Shown here piece after piece: positions 28,501 through 41,403 of a DNA stretch of 64,000 nucleotides (position 1 is its first letter; each line of letters opens with the position of its first letter). This DNA comes from Balanoglossus misakiensis (taxonomy: Eukaryota; Animalia; Hemichordata), in the NCBI GenBank assembly GCA_040954595.2, contig CM082587.2:8437403-8501402 (forward strand), written 5' to 3'. A model generated the notes under the pieces. The model was not told where the DNA came from, did not search any database, and saw nothing but the letters and a program-made list of their open reading frames with translations. Made by a program: the position numbers and the translations under genes.

Positions 28501-31500
28501 CTCGCTCATTGGCTGGAGCCAGGGTTTATATTCTTGACAAGAAGACCCGACCCTGAACAGTGAATAGTTTAAAAAATAACCGAAATAGAACACGTAGAAG
28601 AGAACACGCCTGAATAGAACACACTTTATGAATTCTACTGGCAGTGGCATAAAGTTGCGTGACATTAGAAATGCACGAGCTGAGCTGGCATATTCCCAAC
28701 CGAAGAACAGATTTGAAAAAATGAAAGCAAAATCATATTAGATCTAGATCAATTAGTGTGGAATGTTGGTCTTTTGTTTAAAGGTTTATTCAAAAGGAGA
28801 GATGATGCGACAGATAGCTACAATATCATAGTACTATGCACTCTCTGACTAAAAGAGACTTATTTTTGTAAGAACACTTACCATGCAACCACTTTTTGAC
28901 TGAAACTTTTAGGTGGTTGTCCTTTGGAGCCAACCTCCTTTTCGACCATATGATATGGATACAGTGTATCCAACGGCAACTCAACAAACACTGGACCTGT
29001 TATCAATATAAAATATTGGCATGTTTATACTTCTAGATCTTGGAAGTTATGTAGCAGCTATTGTTTCACTATTTTCTGAGAAACGTTTATCATGTTTTTG
29101 CAGCAAAATGTAAAAAATCTGATTTAGGACAAAAACAGGGTACTGCTTCCGCTCAACATTTGGATCTGTAACTACAATAAACATGTAACAGGGTAGACTG
29201 CACTGTCTATAAGAGAACAATTTGGTTGGCATGTTTGTTTCTTATCACAAAACAGGTGACAAAGTAGAGGCCATGCCAATTATAATTAATCAGTTATATG
29301 CTAGCAAGTTTCATATACCCTTTTTATTAGTCTAGCGCCCTCTTGCAGCTATCATGATTTGACCTCAAATCTATGTCAATGGAGAAACACCCTCGATGTG
29401 ATTGGTCAAATTTCCCCATTATGATTTAAGTTTAAATTCATGATAGCTGCGTGAGGGCGTTAGACGTATTAATACAGTGAATGACAGCTTTGATGGACAC
29501 ACCTGGTGTTCCAGACTGTGAGATGGACAAGGCTTTCCGCAAAGTTGGAACAACATCCCGGACATACTTGACAGTCGCAGCGAATTTACACAGTGGTTTG
29601 AAGAGGGTAATTTGATCAATATCTTGTAATGCTCCTCGTCCCTAACAAGAAACCAAAGTAAAGTTTTTATTCTAGTTGGTTAATACATAGTCCCTTCAAC
29701 ATGACTGTGGTTTATACAAGACAAAACAGGCCATCAGAAACAACATAGTAAGTCCCCATTTAATCAATGGATTCAAAAACAATGAAGGAAAACACAGTAT
29801 AATGAAATCAGGCATGCAATGGATGTCTGAATAAACAGGTTGGGCACCTGTTTTTTTTTTTTAAATTCACGTAAATACGTCCACAATCATGGGGTGATAA
29901 TACGTCAATGTATAGTATCACCCATCAGCAAGCTTATTTAAAATGGACTGCTCTAAGTTTGAAAGTAAAATGAGTGAAAATAACTCAAAAAAATGGCAGC
30001 TACTGGGGCTTTAACGCAAAATAGTGAGATTTGTAAGACTGTGGATATTATCAGCTTACTTTGAGTATTGATGCTGTGGCTCCTCCTAATAACAACAATG
30101 GAGACTCGGCCATCTGTGCATTCTTCACTGCAGTTACTGTGTTTGTTAGACCAGGTCCTGCTGTTACCACGGCAACTCCAACTGTGCCTGATAATCTTGC
30201 CACTGCATCCGCAGCAAAAACAGCATTCACCTATAATCCACATCATGGTACCAGTAAATATTATAGACCATGCCCTACTGTCATTCAATTCAATAATTGA
30301 ATTTACTTATTTGATAATCAGATATATATGGTATGCATTAGATCATGAGGCAACTCATGAACACTGCCCTCTAGAGACTACTAAATTGACCATCCTCAGT
30401 GCAGCATTCAAGAAATTAACTGCTCACCTAAGTGCAGTCTCTTGTTGACGGCAAATGCTCGAAAAAATTTAGTTTTTGAAAAGAATATGATCATAGCTAG
30501 AAACAAAACATGATCATAAATCGAGAAAGTTAAATTGTGTGTGCTACACCATTTTTTTTTCCTGTATACTACATCTGTGTTTATTTACGGAGAATTGAGA
30601 TTGATATACCCAATCTGAAAGTAGGGCCTAAAAAAGTTAATTAGTTGTCTATTCCCGATCTCCGACACAGACTGACTATGGTCACCGCCATCTTGTCTGT
30701 TTTTATGACAGCACACTGCCTTATGGCGTTGACTGTATACAATTTTTGTAACCAGAGTCTCTGGTTTAGCACATGCGCACAAGACGATCGTTGCCCTTTA
30801 ATGCGTTGATCATTTTTTATCTAGCAATGCCATAATAATTTACAAAGAGGATACAAACCTCATGTCTAGTGTCAACCACTTTGATACCGACTTTTTCAGA
30901 TGCAACTAGAATTGGAGAAACATGTCCACCACACAACGTAAACATGAACTTGACACCATGAGCTTTGAGGACACTGGCCACTAATTCACCTCCATGCTTA
31001 GTAGAACTGGGATCAACCTGCAAAAAGAAAGAATAGACATCAAGAACACTGTGCTCCTATTTGATTTGAATTATTTTTTAAGTCATTGTCATAAAAAACA
31101 GGCCTCCGTATTTCAGTTGTTCTATGTATAATTTAATTACCAAAGACTGTATGGATATACATGTACTTTTATAATTTGCTATGAATAATGTAGGAATAAC
31201 CTGGGGGGTATGTGCTCGATCTGCTACCAGGACTTTTACAATTGTCATCAAATTTAATTTTCATTACAAATGTTTGCACCTGAAAATTGAAAAGTATTTT
31301 AACCCTAAAATTACACATCGTCGGGCAATTAAGAGTGATGAACATGACCTCATGATAATCAATATGTAACAATTGAATGTCAAAAAAATATTGTAATACA
31401 AATATTCAGCAGATAATACCTGACTATTCACAGTTTTATTTTTATAGCAGTTTTGTTGACTTGCAAAAGGAGGACTAGTTTACTGCAACAGATATGCACT

Positions 31501-32127
31501 TGAAGTTGAAAACATGTTATCTTTTCGGGGATATCAGTACCTGGTTACTCATTACATATTTGGTAGCATGTACCATCCATACATTAATTTAATTGAATCT
31601 CTTGATCAGATACTTAGATACTGCATGTGTAATTTTTAAACATTTTGATTACAGTTACACTTTTCATCCACTAATATATCACTGTATTTTCAGTATTAGA
31701 AACCCCATGACAACTTCGAAGTTCAAAGGTTCCAAGGTGGCACCTGTCATGGTTACACGCTCACTAGCAAATGTTGGAGTACCGGAATCATGCCTCAGAC
31801 GGCGGTTGGGTATTAATAGCTGTTCAGTTGTCAAGCTGGACCGATCAACAGTGCATTGACCCCAGTCATGGACGTTGGAGACAAGGTACATACATCATGT
31901 ACACCGGCCGGCCAGTGGATATCGATCGATCAAAAGTCTCTATGCAAATGATGCTCTGCGCTGCATGCATGTTCCGATCATGTTCAGAATCACAGAATCG
32001 ATAAAATTCGATAGTTGTACATTACCTTGTGGAAAAGTTGATAAATAAGTCCCAGCTTCTGAAGTAGAATGATCACTGCTACAATTAATATGCACAGTAA
32101 TCCCAGAAAAACAATACCAAGGTCCAT
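22505..32127 (-). CDS. ILVBL: Acetolactate synthase-like protein / 2-hydroxyacyl-CoA lyase 2, ThDP-dependent, about 622 aa, N-terminal TM anchor
   Basis: 14 exons: 32026-32127 (hydrophobic [22 protein letters not shown]), 30859-31017 ([22 protein letters not shown]), 30060-30230 (VTAGPGLTN), 29503-29641 (GALQDIDQ), 28882-28996, 28371-28471, 27778-27887, 27269-27392, 26677-26771 (DFRLSYG), 26297-26451, 25708-25845 (DGGDFVG), 25107-25281 ([21 protein letters not shown]), 23419-23517, 22505-22690 (FREGSISI*). Total 1869 nt, in frame. Confidence 0.95.
30640..30801. repeat. Interspersed repeat shared with 511-660 (inverted), TTAA-AGG end
   Basis: gacgatcgtctt.tgc.catgtgc.aaaccagagactctggttacaaaaattg..gcagtgtgctgtc..acagacaagatggcgg.gaccatagtc is present in both places. 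Confidence 0.7.
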
Positions 32128-32384
32128 TTTCGGTCTCTCTCTCTCTCCGATCCCTTGGCCTTAATCGGGTAATGACCTTTGACCTTTATAGAGGGCGCCG
32201 TATACATGGTATATGTACGATTGCGTCAAAGAGGTTTTAAATCGAAAGGCAGTGCAGTCCTGCCTGGCTTGATGTGATGTCTTTAGACTTCTGTGACATT
32301 GCCTTCTAAAGCTGTGTGCATGTAAATGAAGTTTGAAGAAACTACTATGAGCGCACATTCTGAAAAACATCCTCAATTTTCGGA
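32128..32384. promoter_or_regulatory. Probable bidirectional promoter ILVBL/ATG101
   Basis: The divergent start codons are separated by only 257 bp. The gap contains TGACCTtTGACCT (DR1, 32173-32185), a TATA-like CTATAAAG on the minus strand and a TTGCGTCA motif. Confidence 0.6.
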
Positions 32385-35300
32385 ATGAACGCACGATCGC
32401 AGATATTTGAACTGGTAATGTATGATATCGTAACTTCACTCAGTAAAGACAGTATGTTCAATCATCATTGAGCTACTCGTAGCGTATGAGAGAAGTCGCC
32501 CAGAACTGGCCGACTCCTCTCGGCACCCTCGTGGCTTCATGATTTATATATAGTATGTACCTCTTTTTACAATCACAAATATGCATATAACTAAGTTTTA
32601 TCTTAATTTAAGATCTTCCAGAGTGTTATTATTTTTGTTCATGTTTTGTTAATTTCAGTCTGTTGAAGGCAGACAGATTGAAGAGGCAGTTCTCAGTATT
32701 TTCCATACTTTGTTATTCCACAGAACAACAGGCAAGGTAATATCACACTCAGTAGAAACTCTGATATATTTCTTGGAAACAACACAGTTAAACTGATGAT
32801 GACTCTATGACAGTAACCTGGTACAGATATCTCGGCCAGGGATAAAAAAAATCAGAATGTGTAAGGCCATGAGAGTTCATGAACGCTGTCATATCTCTTT
32901 GGATAATCTTTCTATTTCAGTTCCACTACAAACGAGAAGGAACCTATTCTATTGGCACTGTTGGTATCACAGATGTTGATTGTGACTTCATTGATTTTAC
33001 ATATGTAAGTTACTTCCATATTGGTTCTCTCTGGAGTCAGGACCTGTAAATTCTTAGCTCTTATGATATGGGCAGTTTTTTGTACATTGGTACAGGTTAC
33101 TCAAATGTGTTGATGACAAGTCACTGTCTGTCAATGGAATACAGGATGTAGTCCCCTTAAGAACAAATGTAAATTGATAGAAATATATGTGTGTGGAAAT
33201 CATTTAAAGAGGGCTGCAGAATTGAAGTTCAAGTGTCAAGTATGTCAGAGCACAGTTATTAGTGTGGAGTGACCTTGGTCAAAGTCAGGTATAGTATAGA
33301 TGTATAGCAATGCATTAATCTAAATCTCGCTGCAATCTTCATGTAGTACATCTTGAAAAGCATTTTTGGTTGGTCTGTAACACCATCCTGTAATAGGTCA
33401 TGTGAAGACAAAATTGGCATTGAGTGGCTGCTCACATAGGGATTCCTGTATGAACTGGTATGTCCCTAATATCAATGGATCATTTGGCCATACCTAACTG
33501 GACAAGGCAATCTCAGGACATCAGTAATGTATAACATCTGTTGTTGGTCAATAATGCATAATTTCTGACCGTGTTATAGGTTAGGTGCTCCTCTGATGAA
33601 CTTGATGCAGCAATCAAGAGAGAAATATCTGTGTTTAAAGACTCACTTCGAAATAGCGAAGGACCACTGACTGGACAGGTATTGTACTGATGTCATTCAT
33701 TGCAAATTGCCAACTAGTTCCAAATAATCAGTTTAAAGCTCTATTAGATGTAACTTTCAGCCATATTTTCAGTTATTTTATTTTGTGCATCTACTGCAAT
33801 TGTCCTTGGTCTGTAGTAACCATCAGTTTCAACTTCTGTAATATTTGGTGAAAAGTTGATAGTCAAAATGGAACTCATCTGCTAAAGGGTGCTTTGGTAA
33901 TGAATTATTGTATAGAAACATACCTCTTCTAGGAAAGCTTTTTTATTTTATAATTTAGATACGAAACTCTAGAAAAGACTGTTATGAGACTCTTGAAAAG
34001 ACTGAAAATAGTTTCATTATTTCATTACTACCATAATCAGAATGTCAAATGTCAGGGTCCTCCATTTTGAATTCATACTTTTCAAGCCAGAGATTAGTTT
34101 TCTGATAATGGACACAATATTGTTTGCAGTAATCAACATGAACCACTGCAGTTTGAAGTTGTGGTCAAAAACATAAAAACAGAGGTCATTTTGTCAGAGA
34201 CCAGTTATTTTGAACCTGTCATGAAGTAATCACTGGATCGGTTTAGTTCACAGGACTTCACCCTTTCACCCCCAGTTCTCTCTTTAGAGGTCCAACCTTC
34301 CCATAGCAAGCAATGGATTTGGACTGAACCATAGTGGTGAAAGGGTTAAATTTTTGGCTGTGGTGGGAGGGACCCTGATTAGGCTCTGTCCATCAATCAG
34401 TTTCTTTATACATGCATTAGCCAATGTCCTTGAGTAATGCAATGGTGATGTTTTCATGTGTTGTGTCTCCAGATATCGTTGGAATTCTATCAGAAAAAGA
34501 AGACAAGATGGCCGTTCCCACCAGAGTGTATCCCATGGGAAGTGTGGACACTAAACCTCAATGTCATTTCATTAACTAATGAAGATGGTAAGATATCCAC
34601 CATTACACTCTGGTGTCAAAGGTCATTCATTAATCCAACCAAGCTTGGCTCTTCACCAAAGCACTACACCAAAGGCAATCTAATTTGAATTTTGATTTTG
34701 ATTTCTCAAAGTCAGTGCATCCATAAATGGATTTCCATGCATTGAATGTTATAAAGTGTCAGTTTACGTGATTTGAAAAAAAACCACGTTAATTTATGTT
34801 TTGCAGAAAGACAGATTTGCCGAGAAAAAGTCGGAGAAAAGCTTGGAGAAAAGGTAAGATAATAATCAATCACAAAGTAGTTGAATTGATAACTAATGAT
34901 ACGAATTGATAATGACTGATAAAGATTTGACAAGTTAGTATTGCAACAAAGGGGCACTTTTGCTGCAATACTAATTTTTCAGATGATCTTGGATGGACGC
35001 CACACCGAGAACAGAACAGCCAAGAAACAGTATAGATCGAGCTTTCCCTACATCTGATTTTAATCAGATTGCTACCTGTGTGACACCATATAAAATGTAT
35101 ACAATCATACCTTTTGAAGTGACAGGGTTTCATCAGTCAAAGATCTGACTAACCATTGATTTCTTTTTTGTCTGATCATCATCAGATAATTTGCATAACA
35201 GAAGCTATGAATCGTAATGACTATTTACCCAAGATGCCAAATCAGTCCGAATTAGACTGTGTATTTGACACTGGATATTCTGATGTACAGCCATACCTCT

Positions 35301-35902
35301 ATAAGGTGAGGCAAATAAAAAAAAATATTGAAAATTGCATAAAGTGATTCAATTTTTGTGTGTGGAAAAACTGGAGATGGTTGTCTTGATAAGAGCAGCT
35401 ATGCAATACTAACAAAACTCCGTGACCCCTGTAATAGACTGTGTATCAATCGTACAGTAGTTATTTTTTTCTGCCTTAAAATGTCAAAAGTTAGCCATTT
35501 TATCCCCGTGAAGTTCTGCCTGAGTAAGAAGCAGTTTAGACCAAGTTGCATGTGATGCTCTGGCATCCATTATAGCCACCCATGTACGTGTTGCTCCAAA
35601 AAACCTGTGCAGTGTGATTGTGCTTGTATACTTATGGAACACATCACATAATCATACAGCTTGTCATTTGGGCCATCCCAAGCAGAAGGGGGTCTTATGG
35701 TTGTAAGTATCGTGCTATGCCCATAAGACCCGTTTCTGCTTGGGATGGCCCATTTACTGTAAATACACTCAACTTGTCATACTATATTGAAGTTCATGTT
35801 TTGTGTTTTGATTGACAGGTCAGTCATGTGACTTCTGGTCCTCCAAGCGCTTCAGTGTCATCTACAATGAGAAAATTAATCAGGGATACATTAGCATTGT
35901 AA
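32385..35902 (+). CDS. ATG101: Autophagy-related protein 101 (HORMA domain), 218 aa
   Basis: 8 exons: 32385-32414 ([10 protein letters not shown]), 32659-32736, 32921-33004 ([15 protein letters not shown]), 33580-33678, 34473-34587 ([14 protein letters not shown], the WF finger), 34807-34853, 35186-35305 (YLPKMP..VQPYLYK), 35819-35902 ([11 protein letters not shown]). Total 657 nt. Confidence 0.96.
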
Positions 35903-37125
35903 TGATTACTATAGTTGTCCTTAATTTATGAAATGTACCGGGGAGTATATTACTTTTGAAATTTCACCAAATTTTATAACAACTCTATATGAAATAGTCC
36001 TTCTGCGAGCTAACTGTATAGGACAGTCATGATATGTGTCTCTTCTAGAGTGGCTGGGTTTTACCAACAGTTATATAAATATGCATTTTGTTGAGTGAAA
36101 TTTCTTAACTTTTAATATCCGTAAAATCACTTGAGTTGTTTCATTCATAGATACAAGTTTTTTTCATGTGTTGCACAGAAGCTATGTAATTAAAGTTGGT
36201 TTTATCTGCATATTCAAACCCAGAGGTATTGTCTGGTGACTTTCTGTTGAAAACAAACTTTGTTTTCTTCAAAAACTGCATACACACTTTGCATCACAGT
36301 TTTAAAAACATGGCTCTGAATGAAGTCTGCTGATGGCATATTCACCAATGGATTCAAGCATAGAGAATTAAAAAATGCTTTATGCATTCCTATCCCAATA
36401 AAACATGAATATGAAGTCACTATATGACATGCGATTATTGCGCCATTTCCAGCAAAAGCAACTTGCTCACCAAAGCTGTCTGATTTTGTTGCATTATGCA
36501 AATTTCAAAACCAGGTTAACGACTTTCAGAAACTCATTAACATATTTATGTCCATAATTATTTGAATTGATATAATAACCAGCCACTGCACTTTAACTAC
36601 AGTCTATGAATGTTAGGTACTCCTCACTGAAACGTTTTGCTTTTTTCTGTCGACAACAAAAAATGTGCGAGTCATTCCTGTCGCCTAAATGACTGTTGTC
36701 AGCAAACAAAGGCGCATTTTCAATAAACGTAGATGGCGCTCCTCGAGCAGCCAGGAGGTACGGGGGGGGGGGGGGGGGTTCTAACAGATAATTTTCCCTG
36801 TGAGCAAAATCAAAAATATTCAATTTTGTACCCTTTTCATGGTTAGAACACAGACTTTGGCGTTTAGGCTACTTGTACGTAATACAGTAGAGCCGATAAA
36901 TCAGGGACAATTACGCCATAATTCTCTGATATTGTGAACAAAATAAAATCACACGAATCAAGCATTTGTATGTGCATTACTTGTTTATTTCTCTTATCAA
37001 TTTCATGTTCCGTATTCTAGTATAATCTGGTATTATTTTAGAATATGAACACCCGGTCAAAAAACGTTAGCCTATATTCACGGAGTCAAAACCATTGATG
37101 CCATGCGCTATACACTGGAAAGTTG

Positions 37126-37996
37126 TCAGCATATACCATTGCGGGTCAGTTCAAAGCGTAATCTCAGCAATGTGCACTCTTCGTAACAACAGAGAGATAC
37201 GATCGACATACGTTTCTCGTCCGGGGCTCTTCTTTGGAGGCATTTGTAAAGACCCGAACTACATCTGCGTCTATGGGAATGCTCAGTTACCGTGGTAACT
37301 GAAAGAAAAATATAAAGTAGAGGTTAAAAGCATTGAGATAGACGTTTGCATGAATGAAGTCAACTAGATGATGAGGAGGAGGATGACGATGATGATATAG
37401 TGATGATGTACTCGGGATAAGTGTCTAATGCATTCACATATAGTCATTCAAACACAAGCACGACCCTTTGTGTTAAAAAGTAGTCGTTTATAGTGAAAGC
37501 TCAGGATCTACATGTCTACAGCAAACAAGAGAATGCTATTCACTTGTTATATTGCCCATGACCGTACTTGGACTTTTGAAAGCCGACGATAGCGATATTT
37601 TTGAAGTCATTGAAGTCCTCATATTGACTGTATCGTTTTCTTCGGTTTATTTTGATTGACAAGAAATGTACAACAACATGGTTAACTAGCCAGGATTTTA
37701 AGCTTTGCGTGTCAAAAGTTTAGACATTGATCTTGTTGTTGTCATGGTGACATTAACGCGCCTTTTGACGGCGAGGGTAAATGAAGACAAGGCATACCTG
37801 ATCTACGGGGCTTCATCAAGTCTGGCAGAGTAACTCTCCCAATCGGTGATGTTGCGCAAAGATAAGTTACAGCTTCGGGCAGGTCATTACCGCATAGTCG
37901 TTGTGCCTTTCCCCAGTCATTTCGGTCCACCGTTGCCGTGGCAACAGAAGATACCAATATAATTGCGGCAGTTATGCTCATTATGGTGTACATCAT
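37126..37996 (-). CDS. Insulin-like/insulin-related peptide precursor, about 123 aa, atypical Cys spacing
   Basis: Exon 1 (37798-37996): signal peptide MMYTIMSITAAIILVSSVATA plus B-chain QRLCGNDLPEAVTYLC, then a phase-1 intron as in insulin-family genes. Exon 2 (37126-37298): VTTVTEHSHRRRCSSGLYKCLQRRAPDEKR-MSIVSLCCYEECTLLRLRFELTRNGIC*. AATAAA on minus at about 36984; TATA-like at about 38047-38053. Confidence 0.85.
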
Positions 37997-40900
37997 CGCG
38001 GCCCACCTATCGCGCAAATGGGTAGAATGACATATCACTTTCAGTTTGTTTATACTTTTATTCAAGAAATACTGACATCGTCATAATATGACTGAACTAG
38101 AAATATGGTCCAAAGAGAGACTTTGATCGCTGACATTTAAGTGTATTGTAAGTTAAAAGAAACCGTTATTTAGAAGCTCATATACATGTAATATTGTTGT
38201 CGCTGGATATATCGGATAAAGCAGGGGTCTCAAAGTTTTGAGCAAAACAAAAGTTTTCAACTTGCTCCTCCTCAGAATTTTGACGCACAACAAACGAACC
38301 GAAGTGTGACCTCGCTCCCCCGCTAAACGATAGGACGACATTTTACTTGCGTCAAATTTTGTGATCGACGTCCCCAACAGTGTATGTCGAATACTGATGC
38401 AAGGCGGTACTTATAGTTCTAGAAATAAAGCATGGGCAATGTGAACGTTAAATGGGGCCACCCCGTATGTCGGCTGAACCGAAATTTCAGACATTTACAT
38501 CACGGACCCCGTCAGCATAATCTTCGTCTAAAATTCAAATGACGGCGTGTTTCTACTGGAAACAATTCGGAGAAGCACGTGAGGTACATACCTTACCTAA
38601 AAGGCGCCTCTTGCCATCACTTGACGTCGATTCAAGGCCTCGTCAACCAACTTTCTCTGGAAAAAAAATGAAAGGAAACTGTTGGAATACAAGAGCTGAA
38701 AATATGAGTCATATTGCATGGGATGTGATATTTACGCGTGGTTGACATGATTTGCATATACGAGTTGTCCTAGTAGAAATCTGTTGGCCATGCACCCGCA
38801 ACACGTTGGAAAGTATAATCGGACTTTAGACGGCTTTACACAGAGTGGCTGAACAGAGAAATGAAGAAAAACCCAAACTACAGAGACCCTTGTGAAACTG
38901 GGACGGGTCCTTCTGGATTACCAACGTCTTGAAAGGTCTTTTCTGAGACTCCCAGGTCCCAGCATCCATTCACTGTGCACCTGTTTTAATTTGAATATAA
39001 TTTGCCCAATCAGAAGGAACCTTGCGACAATGCCGTAGTTCGGCCCAACAATCAACAGGTGGGTCAACAGGAGAATAATTTGACAGGCGTTCGGCACAGA
39101 ACTATTATTTACCCAACCTTCTCTTTGATTTGCGCAACTGAAGTTCCCCCTTTTTTAATATTGTTAGGTCCCAATTTGGTATGTAATAAATACCATGGGA
39201 CCATATGGAATCAGTTGCGTCTGAATGGATGTATGTCTGTATGTCCGTCCACATCAAAAACTTGATAACCGCTGCGCGTGTAACCTCGATATTTGGTGTG
39301 TAGATGCAGGCTGAGCTGTAGATGGGAGTTTGTTCAAATAAGTTGTCACTGCCAAAAATATGCAAATTAGCTCGGAAAAACCTAAATTTGATCAAAACTC
39401 AACAACCACTAGTCATATTGATTTGAAAATTGGTATGCATGTACCTTATATTAACCTCACACAGTTCTGTATGTTTTAAGCTAAGAGTGTGAATTTTCTA
39501 TTTTTTATGCTTTTTTTTGGTCTTTTTCCACATTTTTGGTAAAAATCTACTTTTCTGGAATTGATCAGCCGACTTCTTTGAAATTTAGTATGGAGCTTCA
39601 TATAGGTGATCTGAGTTACCAAAGTTTTGTTTTAATTGCTGCAAAATTTGCATATTTATAATTTCTAGTATTAAGGTATTGACCCTTCATGTTGAAGTGC
39701 AAGTAGAAATGCTGAAGACTGACCCACACTTCTATGAATTTATCAGTCAACAGAATAACACAAATTACCCAGTTCAAAAGGACATAACCTGTACCTTGTT
39801 TTATTACAAACTTTGAAAACACATGTCCAAAAACAAGTTATAAGGATTACTTTGAATTTGTGTATCATTGTACAAACTCCTTTGACAAGAAATCATGGCC
39901 GACAGGAATTTTGCAGATGTAACATAGAGAATACAAATGTTATGTCAAATATGAAAGTCACCTCTGTCGGTATGCAGCATCAGAAATCCATGGAAACAGT
40001 TCTATTACTATATACCTAAATGTTCATCCAAAGTGATCAATATCCATGGGAATTTAGCACTCTAATGGGCTTTCCGGTTGTCTAGGTTACCCTTCCAGTT
40101 CAGCTATACAGCCAGGAAATTAAACTTTAAAGTGTGACAATGTGGATAATCTCATATGCTCATTCCAACACTTAAATTTTTATAGTCGATGATGTGCATT
40201 TTGTATAAAAATGACAACACTAGTTATGTTGCTTTCAACCTAATAAACAAGCAAGTGTACTAAAGATGATTGTGATGTACGTTTTACCACCATACTGGCC
40301 ACTTCCATGACCTCTATGTGACCTTTACATCCTGGTATGAGTTGAGATCAACCTCTGGAACAGTCAACAAAACTATTGAATTTATGCAATCTGACTTTAA
40401 CCCTGGAACAAAAATTTTGAATACTGTCTGTTACAAAAGGTTGAATGCGGTGTGTACCATGTATGATGTCGCGCCAACGGAACACTCAGGGGTCATAAAA
40501 ATGGCCTACACTATGAACACGTCCAGCAAAATTGTCAGTGGTATTGCTGATGACTGACATGCGTGCATTCTGGTACAAATTTAGATTCTAAAGAAATAAT
40601 TGTCTGAAAACACAAATTTAAATAAATTATTTTGTTGTGAAATTACAGTTATAAATCTCTTCTGTAACCTTAAAATATATTATTTATAAAAAATAAATAT
40701 ACATTTGGCTTTGTGAATAAACATGAAACAAAAGTATCACTACACATGTAAGCTATGTTATGGTCTGTCTCTCAGCTAGTTTCCTAGAAAATGTTCTCTT
40801 TTAACTATTAAAATGACTTTCTTAATACACACAAATACAGAAATCATGCATGCATGCATATAAATGCAAACTTGGAGTTTTAGTAACTGCCAAGTGTCTC

Positions 40901-41403
40901 TAAATGCATGTGACAAAATTATCTATTCGTTAGCCCAAAGCAAATCAGTTCTTGCCATTTTGAAACTCTAAGCACCATGAAGGAGTTTTGCAAACCAATT
41001 TTGAAAGAAATTTGACATGTCATTTCTGAGTCTTTGACCTATAATGGGGAAAAACTGCCTTCAAATAAAAGATTGAGATTTTCACTTTGATGCTTGAACA
41101 TAAGACACTCTTAGGATCATTAAAAGTTCAAAGAATTTGGACTAGTATTTCTGAGAAATGGAATGTTTGACTTTCAGCGACAAAATATATCTCAAAATAC
41201 AATACTTGCATTGATATTTTCACTGTAACCTTCGAATGTCATAACAAAAACTTCCCTAAGACCCTGCAATCAAAACTTGACCAATACAGCTTTGAAACTA
41301 CCACGTAACCCTTGTGTCACAAGTCTAGAATTGCATTTTGCAGGTTTATCAATCAGCCATGTGACTCCCTGTAGGTCAGCTACATAGCGTATTGCGGCCA
41401 TAA

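Noticed and set aside
40318-40557. 79-aa ORF downstream of SWT1
   Set aside because: No recognisable homology; SWT1 terminates at 41404, and the other frames contain stops.
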